A stretch of DNA of 40,300 nucleotides from Rozella allomycis CSF55 (taxonomy: Eukaryota). Position 1 is the first letter of the stretch. Each line of letters starts with the position of its first letter. The stretch spans positions 62,001 to 102,300 of the forward strand of contig KE560945.1 in the NCBI GenBank assembly GCA_000442015.1. The letters run 5' to 3'. Below, piece by piece: positions 1-14,094 of this stretch. The position numbers and the translations under genes were made by a program. The notes under the pieces were generated by a model. That model made no database searches and had not been told where the DNA came from. It saw only the letters and a program-made list of their open reading frames with translations.

Positions 1-1827
1 TATCAGCTGATCCAGTCAAAATTAATGTATTATCAGACGAAATATCCAACGACAAAACTGGCAACTAAAAATAAAAAGAAAATTCAAGTTTTACTTTGTG
101 TCCATATAGTGAAATGTAAAATTTTAATGAATCAGCAAAGAATATCTTCACGGTCGAATCTAAAAGACCAACTGCGATGTATTTCTGGTCATTGCTGTAA
201 CAAACACACAGAATATCATCATTCATCTTTAATGTCCTTGTTAAACTAAGACTTAATCTTCTTTGCGTCAATGAATATTCCTTATCTTCTACAAGCTCAA
301 AATCCCAAAATTTAACCAACTTGTCCCCTGAACCTGAGACTAAGCCTCTTCTATCAGGACGAATTTGAAGGGACCAAATAGGCCCTTCGTGTGCTTCTAT
401 CTGTTCTATTACAAGAGAAGTTGAAATATCATAAATAAATATATTTCCTTCTTTGGTTCCAATAACAATCTAATCCAGCAAACTTTACAACAATTACCTG
501 TCTATCTCCTGGTACAAACACACAAGATAACGCAAATGGACAATTAAAAGTTCTCACAAGTTTTCCGCTTGACGTATTCCAAATCTTTACGCAATCAGAA
601 GACGCAGAGACAAGTTGAATGTCATCAGAAGAAAGACTAACCACTCTAACATCCGATGAATGCCCAAATCGATCAAGCTTGCAAACTTGTTCAATTTCCA
701 ATTCAAATGACTTTTCATTCTTTTTAACTTTGAAAAAATATTCTTCGATTGAATTATTTGAAAGCGAAAAAACGACCTATTTCAGAAATTTCAAAAATCT
801 ACTTTGGCGCCATTTTTCATGGCAATCAAATCACAAGATTTTATTTTATGTTCACATTTGAAAACTGTTAATTTTTCAAATTCATCTTCAAAGCAACTTT
901 TTTCATCTGAAACTCCCTTTCTTTTAGCTCTTCTCTTGACTTTCCTATCGATTTCTTCTCTAGTTCTCATTCTGAAAATATCAACAGATTTGTCATTGGA
1001 TTGAACAAAAATTAAATTGAAATTTGTGAAAATGCAACGAATCGTTCTTTCGCGACTTTGTTTCTCCAAACATCCAGAAAATACAAAAATATTCTAAATT
1101 ATTATTTAAGCGACTTAAAATACCTTGTTAGATTCCAGAGACGTTAAATTTTCAACGTTAATTGAATAAAATCTAATTTGTTGATCTTTCGATCCAACTA
1201 GAAGGTACTTTAAATCGGGGCTTAGCGTTAAAGAATAGACTTCATTCTTATTGTCCACAATTGTTTCGATGCATGCCTTGCTGCCAAGTTCCCAGCATTT
1301 AACAAGCATATCTTTAGAAGATGAAATCAAATATTCGTCATTCAAGAATACAATGTCAGTCACTGCATTTTTATGCCCTTGAAGTCTATAAAGTCCACAT
1401 TCTCCAAATACATCCCAAACAACAATATCACAATCTTTAGATCCAGATGCCAGCTTTGTTCCATCTTTTGAGAAAACAAGTTTGGTTATTCCTGATTTAT
1501 GACCATTAAATACTATTAATGGACTGGCATACTCATTCTTCTTCCAAATTCTAATAGATCCATCATTGTAACCCGCCGCAAGTAAACCATCGTGAGATTT
1601 TGCTATACAATTTATACTAGTAAGACAATCTTGATCTATAATGTTTTTAATCTTTTATCTTGAATATAAATTATTACTCTTTCTTGTAATCTCAAATTCC
1701 ACACAGATACAGATTCCAGAGTTGGAACTATAACATTTTCACCATCTTGTTCGTAAAGAATATTTCCTTCACTAGATATTACGCCAAAAGTTGAAAAAGG
1801 TTCGTATTTTAAATAAGAATGAACCAT
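1..1827 (-). CDS. DIP2: U3 snoRNA-associated WD40 protein Dip2/Utp12 (WDR3), multi-exon, 3' end beyond window
   Basis: N-terminus MVHSYLKYEPFSTFGVIS; WD repeats GHSSDVRVVSLSSDD, VKFWDFEL, IAVGLLDSTVKIFFADSLKFYISLYGHK typical of Dip2/WDR3; exons separated by ~25-30 nt introns. Confidence 0.93.
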
Positions 1828-1846
1828 TTCTTAAAATTTTGTAAGA

Positions 1847-1852
1847 CCAGGG
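1847..1852 (-). promoter_or_regulatory. CCCTGG start-proximal motif (DIP2)
   Basis: CCCTGGTCT, hexamer 19 nt upstream of the ATG, inside a 38-bp intergenic spacer. Confidence 0.55.
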
Positions 1853-1865
1853 TTACACTGTGTAT

Positions 1866-2432
1866 TTAGTTGCAAGAATAGTTTTTATTTAATAAATCCA
1901 AAAGCGAAATAATGCTGCTCTCTCTGTTATTTAATGTTGACTGTAGTTTATTCACTTGTGCTTCCAACTGAGAAATTTCTTGTAGCATTTGTTCCTTTTC
2001 CCTATATTCCAGTGATCAAATTATATACTTTGCTAATAAAGAGCATGGTTTTTTCTCTTGTATTTTTAAAGAAAGGGCATCGTACTGCAATTTCCTATTC
2101 TTATTTTCGAGTTCATTCTTTAGCTTTTCCTGAACCTGTAACAACTCGTTTTGCTCTGTTTCTATTTGCTCATCTATTATATAAGGCTAAATAAATATAC
2201 CAAATTGATTTTCTGGCATATTTTTCTGGTCTTGCTCTATAACATCCGTCATTTTACGTACTTTTGCAAACGCCAACTGCAAAAGGTCTGTTTCAATGCT
2301 ATGTTCGATATCACTGCAGCCGTTATACAATTTTTTTAATCCTCTTTTCAATGGTTTTTCGTCGATATCCAGCTTTGCCCTGATAATGATAGAATCTATG
2401 TAGAAAAAGCTGTTGAATTTACCTTCATCCAT
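1866..2432 (-). CDS. THOC7: THO complex subunit 7-like (Thoc7/Mft1) coiled-coil protein, 3 short introns
   Basis: Manual splicing gives MDEDSIIIRAKLDIDEKPLKR...NKNRKLQYDALSLKIQEK...NKNYSCN*; the N-terminal D.II..RL pattern and K..YDAL..I motif resemble THOC7. Confidence 0.7.
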
Positions 2433-2444
2433 TTCTGAAATTTC

Positions 2445-4904
2445 ATGGATTTGGTCCAAACTATCAACACATTGTTTCCTGATGGTGAAGAAATAAATAT
2501 TAAATAAATAGAACATTCATTGGACAAGCTAGACGAAGTTTTGCTAAAGTTGAAATTCAAAAACTATAAATTGGAAAAGGAGATTGGGGAAATTATTAGA
2601 GGACAAGGAGGTGCAGTTGATGGAACAAAAGAATTGGATAAAGCAAAAAAGGCGATAAATGAACTGTATTCAAAAATATTAAGTTTGAAAGAAAAGTCGA
2701 TAGAATCAGATGCAAAGGTAATTGAATAGATTAGAAGGCATTATGGTTAAAGAAGTCACAAAAGATATAAGGGCATTAGATAATGCAAAGAAAAACTTGT
2801 CCAGTACGATAACTATTTTGAAAAGAAGTCAAATGTTGCGTAAATGAATCAAGAATGGAATTATTAGTTACTGCAGTTGAACAAATTGATCAATTGAAAG
2901 AAGATTATTTTGAAATCTTTTCAATGGTTCAGGTTGCTATCGATCTAAAGAGTTACTTTGAGCCGATCTCAAAAGATTCAAATAGAATAAAAACTTTGTT
3001 GAATAAAACTGAAAATTGCTTAAACAATTTACAGAAAAGAATAATAAATGAATATGAAAATTCGTAATCAAATTGGAGGCTTATAAAAGATTTTCGCGCC
3101 AGGGACATTTCCAGGGTGATGGAAAGAAAATTGTTGGTTGTGGGCAAGTTGCGGACTTGTTTGGAAATGAATTTCAGTATTGAAAATAAATTGAATAAAA
3201 AGGATGAAAATTATTGAATTTTATTGCAATTTGCAGTTACAAGACTACAGAGCGTTGATTAATGTTTCCACTGAAGTAAATTTGAGTCTTTGGAGTTTTA
3301 GATTTCAACGCTTGAAAATATGAATAGAAGATTTGCATGGTTGAAGAAGATTCTGAAGACTTTTGAACAGGAGCACGAATCATTGTTTCCCAAAGGGTGG
3401 AATGTTGGGAAACATTTAGCAGAACTATTTTGCATTGACACAAAGTATAGATTTTGAAGTTGATGAACGAAGAAAAGATATAATGGAGGTTTTATTGCGT
3501 ACAGAAGAGTTTCAAGTTAAAGTGCTGATTACTGCGTTGAAAGAAACCGTTGCATTTGAAACTCAATTAATTCAGAAATTTCCAAATGAGAATTCTGAAA
3601 TTTCGAATTTCTATCGAGTGATTTCTTCGTGTTTTGAGCCTTACCTTTCGTATTACGTCGATGAGGAACAAGCGTAAATTTTAAAATTGTTAAAAAATTG
3701 TCAATTAGATCAATACTTGGATAGTTTAAAAAATTCAGATCTTGAAAAAGAAATAGACGAAAAGATATTCATGAGTTCAACTGATCTATTTTATCGCTAT
3801 AAACAAATCTTAAAAAATTGTTGTTCTATAACAAACAAAAAGGCCCTTTTAGAGATCTCCCGAATATTCGGGTCAACTCTAATAAAATTTTTAGATCAAC
3901 TTTTGAAGAAAATAGATTCGTAAAATTAATTTCTTTTTTAGAAAAGATTTCAAAATAAATCAATTTACATTTATTGCGTTCTTCTTAATACCCTCGATTA
4001 TTGCCATAAAACAACTCAACAGCTAGAAGAGAAAATAAAAGATTTGATTGACGTTGACTTGAAAGAGGCTGTAACATTTCAAAATGAAATCGATTCGATT
4101 TTGTTGTAAGCCAATTTGAGATTCCTATTTTTAGGATGATTTCAAATTCAATTAAAGATATTGTAAAGTTTATTGAAACCGAAAGCTCGCCAATGTTCTC
4201 AATTATGACAAAGCTGCCCTGGTCAACTCAATCTTCTGTTGACGATCAATCCAGCTACGTTGCTTCATTGAATAACTTGTTAAAGCAGAGCATTGAAAAA
4301 TGTTCAGAAACAATTCAATCAAAAACATTTTTTCAATCCGTTTGCGACAAATTTGTAGAGTATTCCTTTTAACCCGGTTTACCTAGTTCTTTCTTGCAAG
4401 TTCTCTTACAAAACATTTACAAATGCAAAACAATTTCAGAAGTTGGTGCAGAACAGGTTAATTATACTAACGTTGTTTATGTAGCTTCTGTTGGATTGCC
4501 AATCAATTAAGAAACAAATTTCAGTGTTTTCTTCCATAGGAACAGGGGAAGAAAGTTTAACATACTCAAAGTTACTAAATAAGGGAGTCGCTAAAATTGA
4601 AAGTTTATTAAAGTCCGTGATGACCCCGGCAGAGCCAGTTGATGGATTAGTTGAAAACTATATTCTACTTAATCCAGATAGCACAATTAATCAGTTTCAA
4701 AAGGTTCTTGAATTAAAGGTATGATTAAAGGTCAAATTTAACGAGGGTATCAAGAAAATAGAACAACAATTGATTCTGGACATCTTTTCAAAAAAGACAA
4801 ACAAATTACAAGAAAAAATACCTCCAACACCTCCGCCATTGCCACAATTTGCAAACAAAATCAACGACAATATCAAAAAGTTAATGAATTTAAACTTTAA
4901 ATAA
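2445..4904 (+). CDS. VPS53: GARP complex subunit Vps53, multi-exon
   Basis: Spliced start MDLVQTINTLFPDEHSLDKLD; VKEVTKDIRALDNAKKNLSSTITILKRSQML; ISSCFEPYLSYYV; SSTDLFYRYK; WSTQSSVDDQSSYV; ISEVGAEQ; FQKVLELK. Confidence 0.92.
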
Positions 4905-4929
4905 AGTCATTTTGATTATTCCATCTTTA

Positions 4930-5845
4930 TTAAACAATCTTTTCTAGCTCTCTAGCGTATTCCATTGTCTTCTTGTACACTTCTACACAAGGGACTTGAT
5001 TCACACTATTGTTGGCAACCTTAAAATAAATGATGTTATCCTTGACATTCCAGTTACGCTATATTAATATTTTTGAATATTTACTTGCTTAATAAAAGCA
5101 TTCAAAGCATTAGCTTCTTTAAAATAAAGTAAATTGGCGGCATTTTGCAAGGGTAAATAATCATACGCATTTTCAATTGACGTTGCGATTTCAGCTCTCA
5201 CAGTTTCCATTAAAATATCCATGAAAAAGTTATATTCAACTCCTGGCACGTCCCCTCTTGCATACCAAACTAATTTAAAGGTCGCAAATAAAAATACCTT
5301 TGTTGTAGGCACCTTCCATCAAGTATTGCTCCAATTGAACAGGATGACGTACAAACGGATTATCGTTAGATAAAAGCTGATTAGAATCAATCAACTCAAT
5401 AGCGGAATGGAAATCAGCTATTCTGCTTTGTGACAATAAGCAAAGCAAATAGAGCCCGAAAATTGAGTACATTCTAGGCGATTCAGGCATAATGGTTCTA
5501 ATCACGGTTTAAAATATTTACTACTTGTAATCGTGATAAAATGTTTTGAGTTGATTGTAAAAACGCTCGAAAGAAGGGATATCCTTCATTCTAATGCTCC
5601 ACAGAGCTCCTAGTTCAAGAACATCGCCTATTACATCAATATAATAATATATTACGTGCAACGACTAGGTTTTTCACATCAGTAGTCTTGGGGTTTCCTA
5701 GAACTTGTGGTATCAAAGATGCCTAGTGAATGTTACCAGAAAGTCTTACTTTTAAAACTGACAGATATTGACCACACTTTTTCAAATCGGGATTACTACC
5801 AGACATTTCATTTTTTAATTGGTCATAGCAAGAGTTAACATTCAT
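4930..5845 (-). CDS. RPN12: 26S proteasome regulatory subunit Rpn12 (PSMD8), multi-exon
   Basis: [82 protein letters not shown]-terminus YARELEKIV. Confidence 0.96.
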
Positions 5846-6117
5846 TGTTTCAGATATTTACAAATTATCATCAGGGACTTTAGGGAGACAATTTTGATAG
5901 TTAAATATATTTCATCAGCTTTATTTATTCTTTTGTATGGAGTTTCCATTCTGTTGCGGAGAGTATATATTTCATCCAGTATTGGTCAATTAGGCCTAGT
6001 ACAAAAAACATTATTGATTCTGAATGTACATATCAATTACAATTTACAAATCCACTTTGAACCCATTCATTTTGAATTGCAAAATTTCAATTGCTTAATC
6101 ACGTATAAATTTCCAAT

Positions 6118-8463
6118 ATGGAATACTTTAAGCAGCTATCAAGAATCCCTAGAATATCGGAAGGTGTGATTCTGAATGATAATTACGCTGAAGTTAAACT
6201 GACCTATAAAGACCACTTTGAAACAAACAAAAAAATAGAGAAAAGTGTTGTAATTGATTTGAAATCCAAGGCGATTGTATCTTCGACCTATATCGATGAG
6301 AATTTGATTTTAAAAGATGTCAAATTAGCGATATTTAAAGACTCTGAAGGGATTGTATTTCGCACCAATGATGGGCGACACAAATTGTTTAAAAATATTA
6401 AGAGTCTCTATCTGGATCGTAAATTCAATATTTTATTGACAAGAAGAATATTTTGGGACTCCTCGATTAATAAAAAGAGATAATTTTTACGTCTTTGTGG
6501 TCGAAGAAAATATAAATGATGATAAATGTAAAATTATACCTTAAGACTTTTAATTAGCAATTAAAGTACACATAAATTAGTGGGTTAAGAAAGAAATTTG
6601 AATTCAGTGACGACTGGGGTGAAAAGTTCCAAGGAAAGGCCAAGCCAAAGCTTGGAATATTTAATTTCGATGATTTATCTTTAAACTTACCTGAAGGAAT
6701 TAATGGTTTTTCTGTTGGCCAAGTAAAATGCTTAATAATATTGGCAAAGCCTGTCTTTGGTCCTGGAGACACAGTCTTGTTCATGGGAGTAGAAGAGGAA
6801 CCGAGGACTTATGGGTTCGCGTTTTGTTATAATAGAAAGTAAAATTGTCTAATTTTTATAATGCAGCATGCATATTTATCAATACCACTTCAAATCGAAC
6901 GAATTGAAAAGATTGACAAGTACAACCATTAGTGCCCGCTCGCCTATTTTATCACCAGACTCATCATTTTTTGTAAGCAAAATTTCATTAAACTTGAAAG
7001 ATCTTTTTAGGAAACCCAATTGGTGGCCCACATTTCAGCTCATCTATTCTTTATAGAGTAAAAGATATATCTGAAACTATTCAAGTATGAATTCAAAACT
7101 CAAAAAACTACAATTATTGTTAATAAAGTAGAGACGCCTTTAATTGGTGATTTCCCGGGTTTGTTTGTTGAAAGATTGTCGATTAACTGCTTTACAAATG
7201 ATACAAAAGTAGTTTTGGACACTTGCTGGAACCATCTGAATGTAATCATGCCAAATAACTAATAAAGTTGATCGTTTGTGTTGATGTAGCCAGTGGCCAA
7301 GTGGAAAGAATTTCAACGTCAGAAAGCAGCTCTTGTTTATTAGACATTAAAAAAGATCTGATAATTTCGTCTGATTCTTCTCTAAACTCGTGCAATGAAT
7401 TTGTAAATTTGATACTTCAATATTCATAGGTGCTCTACTCTCTAAATAATAAAAGTCAAACAAAGTTTTCATTTCCCATAATTGATAGTAATTGAAATTG
7501 TTTTAGGCATTACGAGATTCTTTAAAAGAGCTTTACTCTTGCACGTTTGAATTTGTAGGAAATTCACACGTTCTTATCTTGCAGCCACAAAAGCATAATG
7601 GTAAATTGATAATATCTCCACATGGTAAGTATTTAACCAATAAACATACGAGGCGGGCCCCACAGCTCATTTGTAAATGAATTCTACATGTATCCAGCCA
7701 TATTGGCAATGTCTGGCTATATCGTGGCGTTGAGTATAGACTTTCATGTCTGATAAATAGTTAATTATGAAGGGTCCATCGGATATGGTCAAAAGACAAT
7801 AGATAATCTCGTGGGTAAAATTGGTGATTTGGATGTGAACAACTGTCATGAGGTAACAATAGAACTAGCGAAAAAATATAACACTAAAATGATTGGTATT
7901 TAAAATAATTTTTAATCATAGGAATAATTGGCGGTTCACACGGTGGCTTTTTGGGCGCCTTTTTGACAGCTAAATACCCGGTATAATATATTCTTAAAAC
8001 TAAAAGGATCTTTACAAAGTTTGCATACTGAGAAATCCAGTAATTGACATTTCAAGTATAAGCAATTCTTCTCTATGTTAGACAATGGGGCATTCAGTGA
8101 CATTCCAGACTGGTCATTTGCGGAGGCTGGTGTAGAATTCGACCAAAAACATCCCCCAGTTGTCACACCAACGCATTTTGAGCATTTATATAAAAGTTCT
8201 CCCATAAGTTTAGTTGATAACGTGAAATGTCCCACTCTACTTTTATTGGGACGAAATGATAGAAGGGTCCCAATATATCAAGGGCTAAACTGGTTTTATC
8301 AGCTTAAATCTAAAGGAGTAAAAACAAAGTAAATGAAAATTGTTAAACTAAAAGACTAATGATGTTTCCCGATACTGGACACAGTCTAGATTCAATGGAT
8401 GCTGAAAAGTTTGGCATTCAAAGCATTTTAGATTTTCTTTGTGAAAACATGGAAGATGAATAA
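6118..8463 (+). CDS. APEH: Acylamino-acid-releasing enzyme (S9 peptidase), multi-exon
   Basis: DDWGEKF, HGGPHS, nucleophile GGSHGG (~7930), SPISLVDNVKCPTLLLLGRNDRRVP, TGHSL: S9C catalytic triad. Confidence 0.88.
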
Positions 8464-9458
8464 AAATTTGTTAAAGAATATCAAGTATTTTTTTGAATGT
8501 AAGCGTCGTTGGAAGAAAACATTCTTTGCTTTCTAATTTAAATTAAAAGGGGTCTGGGAAGAATATTGTGCAGTCCCTCCTGTCAAAACTACATAAATAC
8601 CATCAGAGAAGCATCAATGATTCTGAAAAAAACTGACATAATCATTTCAATAAAATAGTTTGGACATCAGCAAACATAACATTTTTTGAGAATACACAGC
8701 GGATCATGAAGTGGAACGTGCAACTATCCCAAATGTTATGACCGAACTCCTGACCATACAATAAAAACAATTCACATGTTCTACTTGATCAATGTATGAA
8801 TGAATTACTCACAATTATATCCTATCAATCTTCAAAAGCATATTCTTAATTATTAAACAGAGTACCTAATGAATATAAGTGCCATCACTCATTTGGTATT
8901 CACAGAGTCAAATAACTTTCGTTTAGCACTTAATACTTAAAATGCGATGATAATTCAACTTCTATTCCATTTGCAGATGTTCGGATTTGGATACATCACT
9001 GATCGCCAGTGTAAGATAAAACAAACCAAGAATATGTGTTTCCCAGTAGCAGGTCCAACTTTTAAAACAGAATTGAACAAACAGGAAAAGCATTGAAAGA
9101 ATTTTGAAGATTACCAGAATGTTCAATTCATGATAGTAGCCAAGCCCGTCGCTCTGTTTATTTATTTTCGCGGGCTCTTTTGATACAAATAAGAGCGGGT
9201 AAAGCATTTATTCATAAACATTAAAACACAAACAATTTATCATGAATTGGACTATGAAAACGAAAATCTTACGCGGGCTGGTTAATTATAAAAATATTCG
9301 AAGGCACACTTTCTGCTAATGATAATTCAGCTTAATCTGTTCATAAATTTGAGATGGCGGCCTCCCTTTCAGCAAGGTACACTTTGGTTACTTGAATTCG
9401 TCTAATTTTGTCACTAGGCTTTACAATCCATTAGCAGAACAACTAAATATAAAACGGA

Positions 9459-12350
9459 TCAAATGACACAATATTTATTTAAAATTTCTGTGGCTTTGTA
9501 TGGATTGTTTGAACTTAAAAGGATTAGATGAAAATTATATGCGGCAGAGTACTTTATAGAGAACGATGCGTCTTTATCATTAAGAACTTGAAGGTAATAG
9601 TCAGACGCAAATGTTAGCATCCCTACTTGATGAAATGCTCTTCCAATGTTGTATTTTCCAGCAGCGGTCATACCTTCCAAACGAAAATATTTAAATAAAT
9701 ATGCAAAAGCCTTTAAATAAATTCAATGTAATTTACTTGTAACATTTCATAATTTGAATTCTTAGATGTTCTTTTTGTAGAATTCATCAAGTACGCAACA
9801 CCAATGCAAAGATGAGGCAAGTGTTCTGCGGGTTTACATTTCAAGACTTTTAGATAATTTCCAATTGCGATAATGTATGAGCGCGTCATTAATGAAAAAT
9901 TTCCCATAATCATTGCAGAAAATGGTAGATTTAGTCTTTCTTTCACTTGACGATAATAATATTTATTATTTGATTGATGAGTGAAGTTGTCGCACGCATC
10001 AGGTAAAGACCTAAAAATTTGAGCATGAAATGATTGGCACGTCATTTCGTCAACATCAAACGACAAAAGGTGTCGACACGCCTCATTCATAATACTATAA
10101 TCATTGCTTTTTATTGCAAATATGAGAAACTTTGCTAATATAGTATTTTTGTAGCCGGGGTCCATGTTGAAAATGTTCGCGCGGGAAATCCTGTACAAAC
10201 AACGAACGCCATTTAAATATGCAGATTTTGAAATACATCTATCAAGGTACTTTTATACCAATATATAAAACTTACCAAATTGACTATTTGAAACCATTCG
10301 TGTATATCTAAACCATGAAGGGCAGCAACCTTTGAAAGATCGGTATCTCCAATCTTGTATGAAAAGCTTCGAATAGCTTACCTCATTTCTCAAAAAGCGA
10401 ACTGCCTCAGAATCGACAATTTTGATTTCAGGGTAGGAGAATGGGCGTTTGCGATATTTAAAAATAAAAGGATTTTTATAGAAATTTGTGATTAAAGTTT
10501 CCAAAGACTCGTCGTAATCATGTTCCCCTTGTTCACTTTTGATCAAGAAAGAAACTTTGGCGTAAATAAGCCTCATTTGTTTGCACCTTTCAAAGTCGTA
10601 AGGAATTTCTTCTTCCTCGATTATTTCATCATCGATCTTTGAAAAAATTGGTTCCTCGAAATTGATCAAGTTTATTTCCTTGGGAACATCCAGAATTTCA
10701 ACAATCGTCTCCTTTTTCCTTCTTGTTCTCTTTGTGACTACAATTTCTTCATTTAATACTTCATTATTAGTTCCAACTATAATAAATTCACGAGTTTTTA
10801 ATTTTACCACTTTGGAGCCATTTCATTGCTTCCTTAACATTACCCTGGTTGTTAAATATTTCAGCCAATGCCATCCGCGCTTCATCATTTGAAGAGTCAT
10901 ATTCAATGACTTTTACATTAATTATATACTTTTACCTTTTTGATAGGTTTTTATGCCCTCGACAATGTTATTGCACTCTATCTGGCATTTCCCAATTCTA
11001 ATCCATAAAAATGGTGCATCATACTGAAGAATTCATAAAATAATAATAATACTTGATTATCTTTAATGACTGTGAAGAATCTACTGGCTAAACCATACTG
11101 CTCTTGTTCTAAATAGACATTTCCCGCCTCAAAATACAAATCTGGGTATTCAGAAGGATCTACGTCGGTGATCATCCACTCTAAATATCGCTAGAATGTA
11201 AGAATATGTTAATTTACTTCAGAAGATGGATTATGGCTTTGAACAAGGCAAATTAGGGTCTTTTGTTTCAATTCAGGTGGCAAATGCTCTCTTAATAAAT
11301 CATAATCATTTCGATTATCATCAGGATACATAGATCTTATCAATCTCAGAGAATAAAATGGTATCAAATCAGCCGCCGTGGCATAGTCGCCATCAATCAT
11401 GGCCAATTCACCGTAAATGTTGATGTGAGAGAATGAAGTCGTGTAAACCCCAGAACCTGCATCCATTGATCTAAGAAATATTGATATGGCTTTTTTCACT
11501 TGGCCAAGCTGCGTATAAAGTTTTGCGGCTTCCTTTAAGATTTGCAAGTCTCCTTCCCTTCGTTTCGCTAAAATTGAAAGAGCTTCTGCAGCCTACTCTC
11601 CATCATAACATTTTATTGTACCTTCTTCGGCATATTCATTTGAATACATAGATTAGCTCTTAACCATAATGCGTCTACCTCCTTGGGGTCACATGAAGAA
11701 ACTCTAGAAAGGCAATATAATGCCTGTGTATATTTTTTAACATCACTTTTAATATCGTAGTATTTTAATTTACAATGAGTATTGCGTTAATCTCTCCCAT
11801 AGGCCCTTGTCTCTAACAGCCATATGCGCAGCAATCATGAAAAAATTGTAAGCTAATTCTAAATCCCCCCTCTCTTCATTTATTAAACCAAGCACTTTAT
11901 ATGGTTCATGAGCTTCAGGTGCTAGTTTAATAACCTCCTGAAGTAATGGAATCGCTTCATCATATTTTCGTTGCACATATGCACTATTAGCTTGCCCCAT
12001 TTTCTTTGTTGCTTCTGGACTCATTTTATGAATAGTTGAAGATGGATTCAGCCCATATTCCTTATCCTTGTTCCTTCCTCGCTTTCCATACTTTCGTTTC
12101 GCACCATACATGAAATGCTTGTCTTTTGTAATATCTTCATGTGCGTCAAAATCTATCACTGGTTGTTTCTCTATCATATCTGGTAGCACATTGCTTTTAA
12201 ACTTGAACATACTATTTACCTGAAAGAATCCTGCAGAAAAAAATTCTCTTCTTCTTCTCCTTCGTCTTCATCACTCTCATTTTCATTTCTGGTATAGCTA
12301 TAGGGTTCTAAAGGTGGTGGTTTTTGAAAATCTGATATGGTGTAATCCAT
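9459..12350 (-). CDS. TFC4: TFIIIC TPR subunit Tfc4/tau131 (GTF3C3), multi-exon
   Basis: MGQANSAYVQRKYDEAIPLLQEVIKLAPEAHEPYKVLGLINEE...FMIAAH; C-terminal YNIGRAFHQVGML...AAYNFHLILLSSNN...ILNKYCVI. Confidence 0.9.
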
Positions 12351-12370
12351 CCCCTAATGGCTTAGATCAA

Positions 12371-12627
12371 ATGAATTCAGTCCTACAAGACCTCAAGAGT
12401 AAAATCGAAATTTCATATAAATAGAAATCGAGGGGACGGAAAATGGTAAACTATTTAAACGAACCGAAATGGATAATTTTGTAGAAGATGCTGTGTCACT
12501 CTTAGCCAAAAGCGACATTGTTCGAAACAAGGCTAAGTATTTAGAGCATGAATTTGATGAAGAAATATCGAAAGCTCAGACGCACTCATCAACATTAATA
12601 CAACTGTTGACTCTGGACTCTATGTAA
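12371..12627 (+). CDS. Small hypothetical protein (~63 aa, two predicted introns)
   Basis: ATG at 12371, plausible GT-AG introns, product MNSVLQDLKKIEGTENEDAVSLLAKSDIVRNKAKYLEHEFDEE...LLTLDSM*; fills the gap between TFC4 and UBX5; no family recognised. Confidence 0.35.
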
Positions 12628-12683
12628 TAATGACTAGTAGAAAACGTTATAAATGATAAAATTAAATAAAGCATGTGTTGTTA

Positions 12684-13973
12684 TTAAAGAAATACTGCAT
12701 TTAGTAAAGCGTTGGAAATCCCTGCCTCTGTCAAAGTTAAATCAAACTTTGACAGTAGTGATTCTTTATGAAACATTAGCTATATTATTAATCATTGGTA
12801 AAATTTACATCAAATGGGTGTTTTTGAAGTACAGGAAATATGGCCTTTGCACATTGAAACAATGAAATGACCTTGTCACTTTGTCTAAACCGCCGTATGA
12901 CTTTTTCATCATCTATATTGATGAATTAAAAAATTAACCTGGCGATCGAAATTGAATTCTTGTACAATTTTTTTCGTTCTTGTCTATTTCCTCTGCATCT
13001 TTAGGATCTAATGACCCAACAACTAAAAACTGGGATTTATGAAATTTCCTTACTAGCCTTTACAAAAGTTTCATCATTAGCCTCGGTTTGAAGTGGGACT
13101 TCGTTATTCTCGTTTAAAGGAATAGCCGGAGTCATTTGAATAGTGTAGCGATCAAACGCTTCGGTGCAGTCCTGAATAAAATCGAGAGGCTCCACTTTAT
13201 TTTTGAAAAATTTAATTCTTTCGCCTAGATATTAAAAACGCAAACGTCAAGCACCTGTTTTAGGCTCAATAATAGCGACATGAGGGTAATTTTCCACAGG
13301 ATAATAATTCTGATACCTCCTCCCCTCAGAGCTTTCGGCAGAGTATTGAACGAAAATAAAATTTTCTCTCAAGTAATTCTTGATTAATGGATCATTCCAT
13401 AAATCACGATTTAAGGTGTTGCAAACAAACTCATTCGGATTTTGCAAGTCGATTAAAAGCCATAATTCTCTATCTTTAGCTTTTTGTCTTGCCTCAATTA
13501 AAGTTACAATTCATTCTTTACTTGTTCAAAAGTGCCAGGAAAAAGTAGTTCCAAGGGTGGTCTGAAGAGATCGCTTAAAGTTCCTGGTCTTGTTCCATTT
13601 ACACTTAATGTATTTTCTTCTACTATATTTCTAAATGAACTAAAAATAGGTTCGGGATCTTGTTGGTGTCTTCTTGAACGATTGGACCCCCTTGAACCCG
13701 AACCCGTCATTCTTTCTTCTTCAAAGCGCTCAAAGTTCTCATCATACGTATCGCTATCCATTAGATTTTGGAAAACTATTGGATCTGGTGCACGTATACT
13801 TTCTGTTCTCGGTATTTCCCTTTGATGATTGCCTTCCAAGAACAAAGACACAGCAATATCTACATTCCCACCTGCGGCCTTTATAGATTGAGTTTATAAA
13901 CTACTTCTAAATAGTGATCGGCTTCAGAAGCATCAGCTCCAGTGATTTCTATGAACTGAGCCAAAGAATCCAT
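12684..13973 (-). CDS. UBX5: UBA-UAS-UBX Cdc48/p97 adaptor (Ubx5/UBXN7), multi-exon
   Basis: UBA-like LAQFIEITGA...GNVDIAVSLF; LSDLFRPPLEL; UAS domain EFVCNTLNRDLW...YPHVAIIEPKTG; UBX domain RIQFRSPD...RRFRQSDKV...LTLTEAGISNA. Confidence 0.9.
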
Positions 13974-14094
13974 AACAATTCGCCAAGCCGCAAACCTTCA
14001 CTTAAAAATATAGACTAATGAATTAGGTATATTTCAAATTTAAAAAGTCAATGTATTATAATAATTTATTCATGTCTTGCCCCAAAATTTATGT

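Noticed and set aside
8640-9207. Channelrhodopsin-like fragments (KSWTCYWE, YQMSDGTYI, FSKN)
   Set aside because: Pieces are in different frames with many stops and are far too close together for TM3-TM7; likely coincidence without HMM support.
12728-12755. 11-bp hairpin CTGTCAAAGTT/AACTTTGACAG
   Set aside because: Lies inside the UBX5 last coding exon; isolated and compatible with chance.
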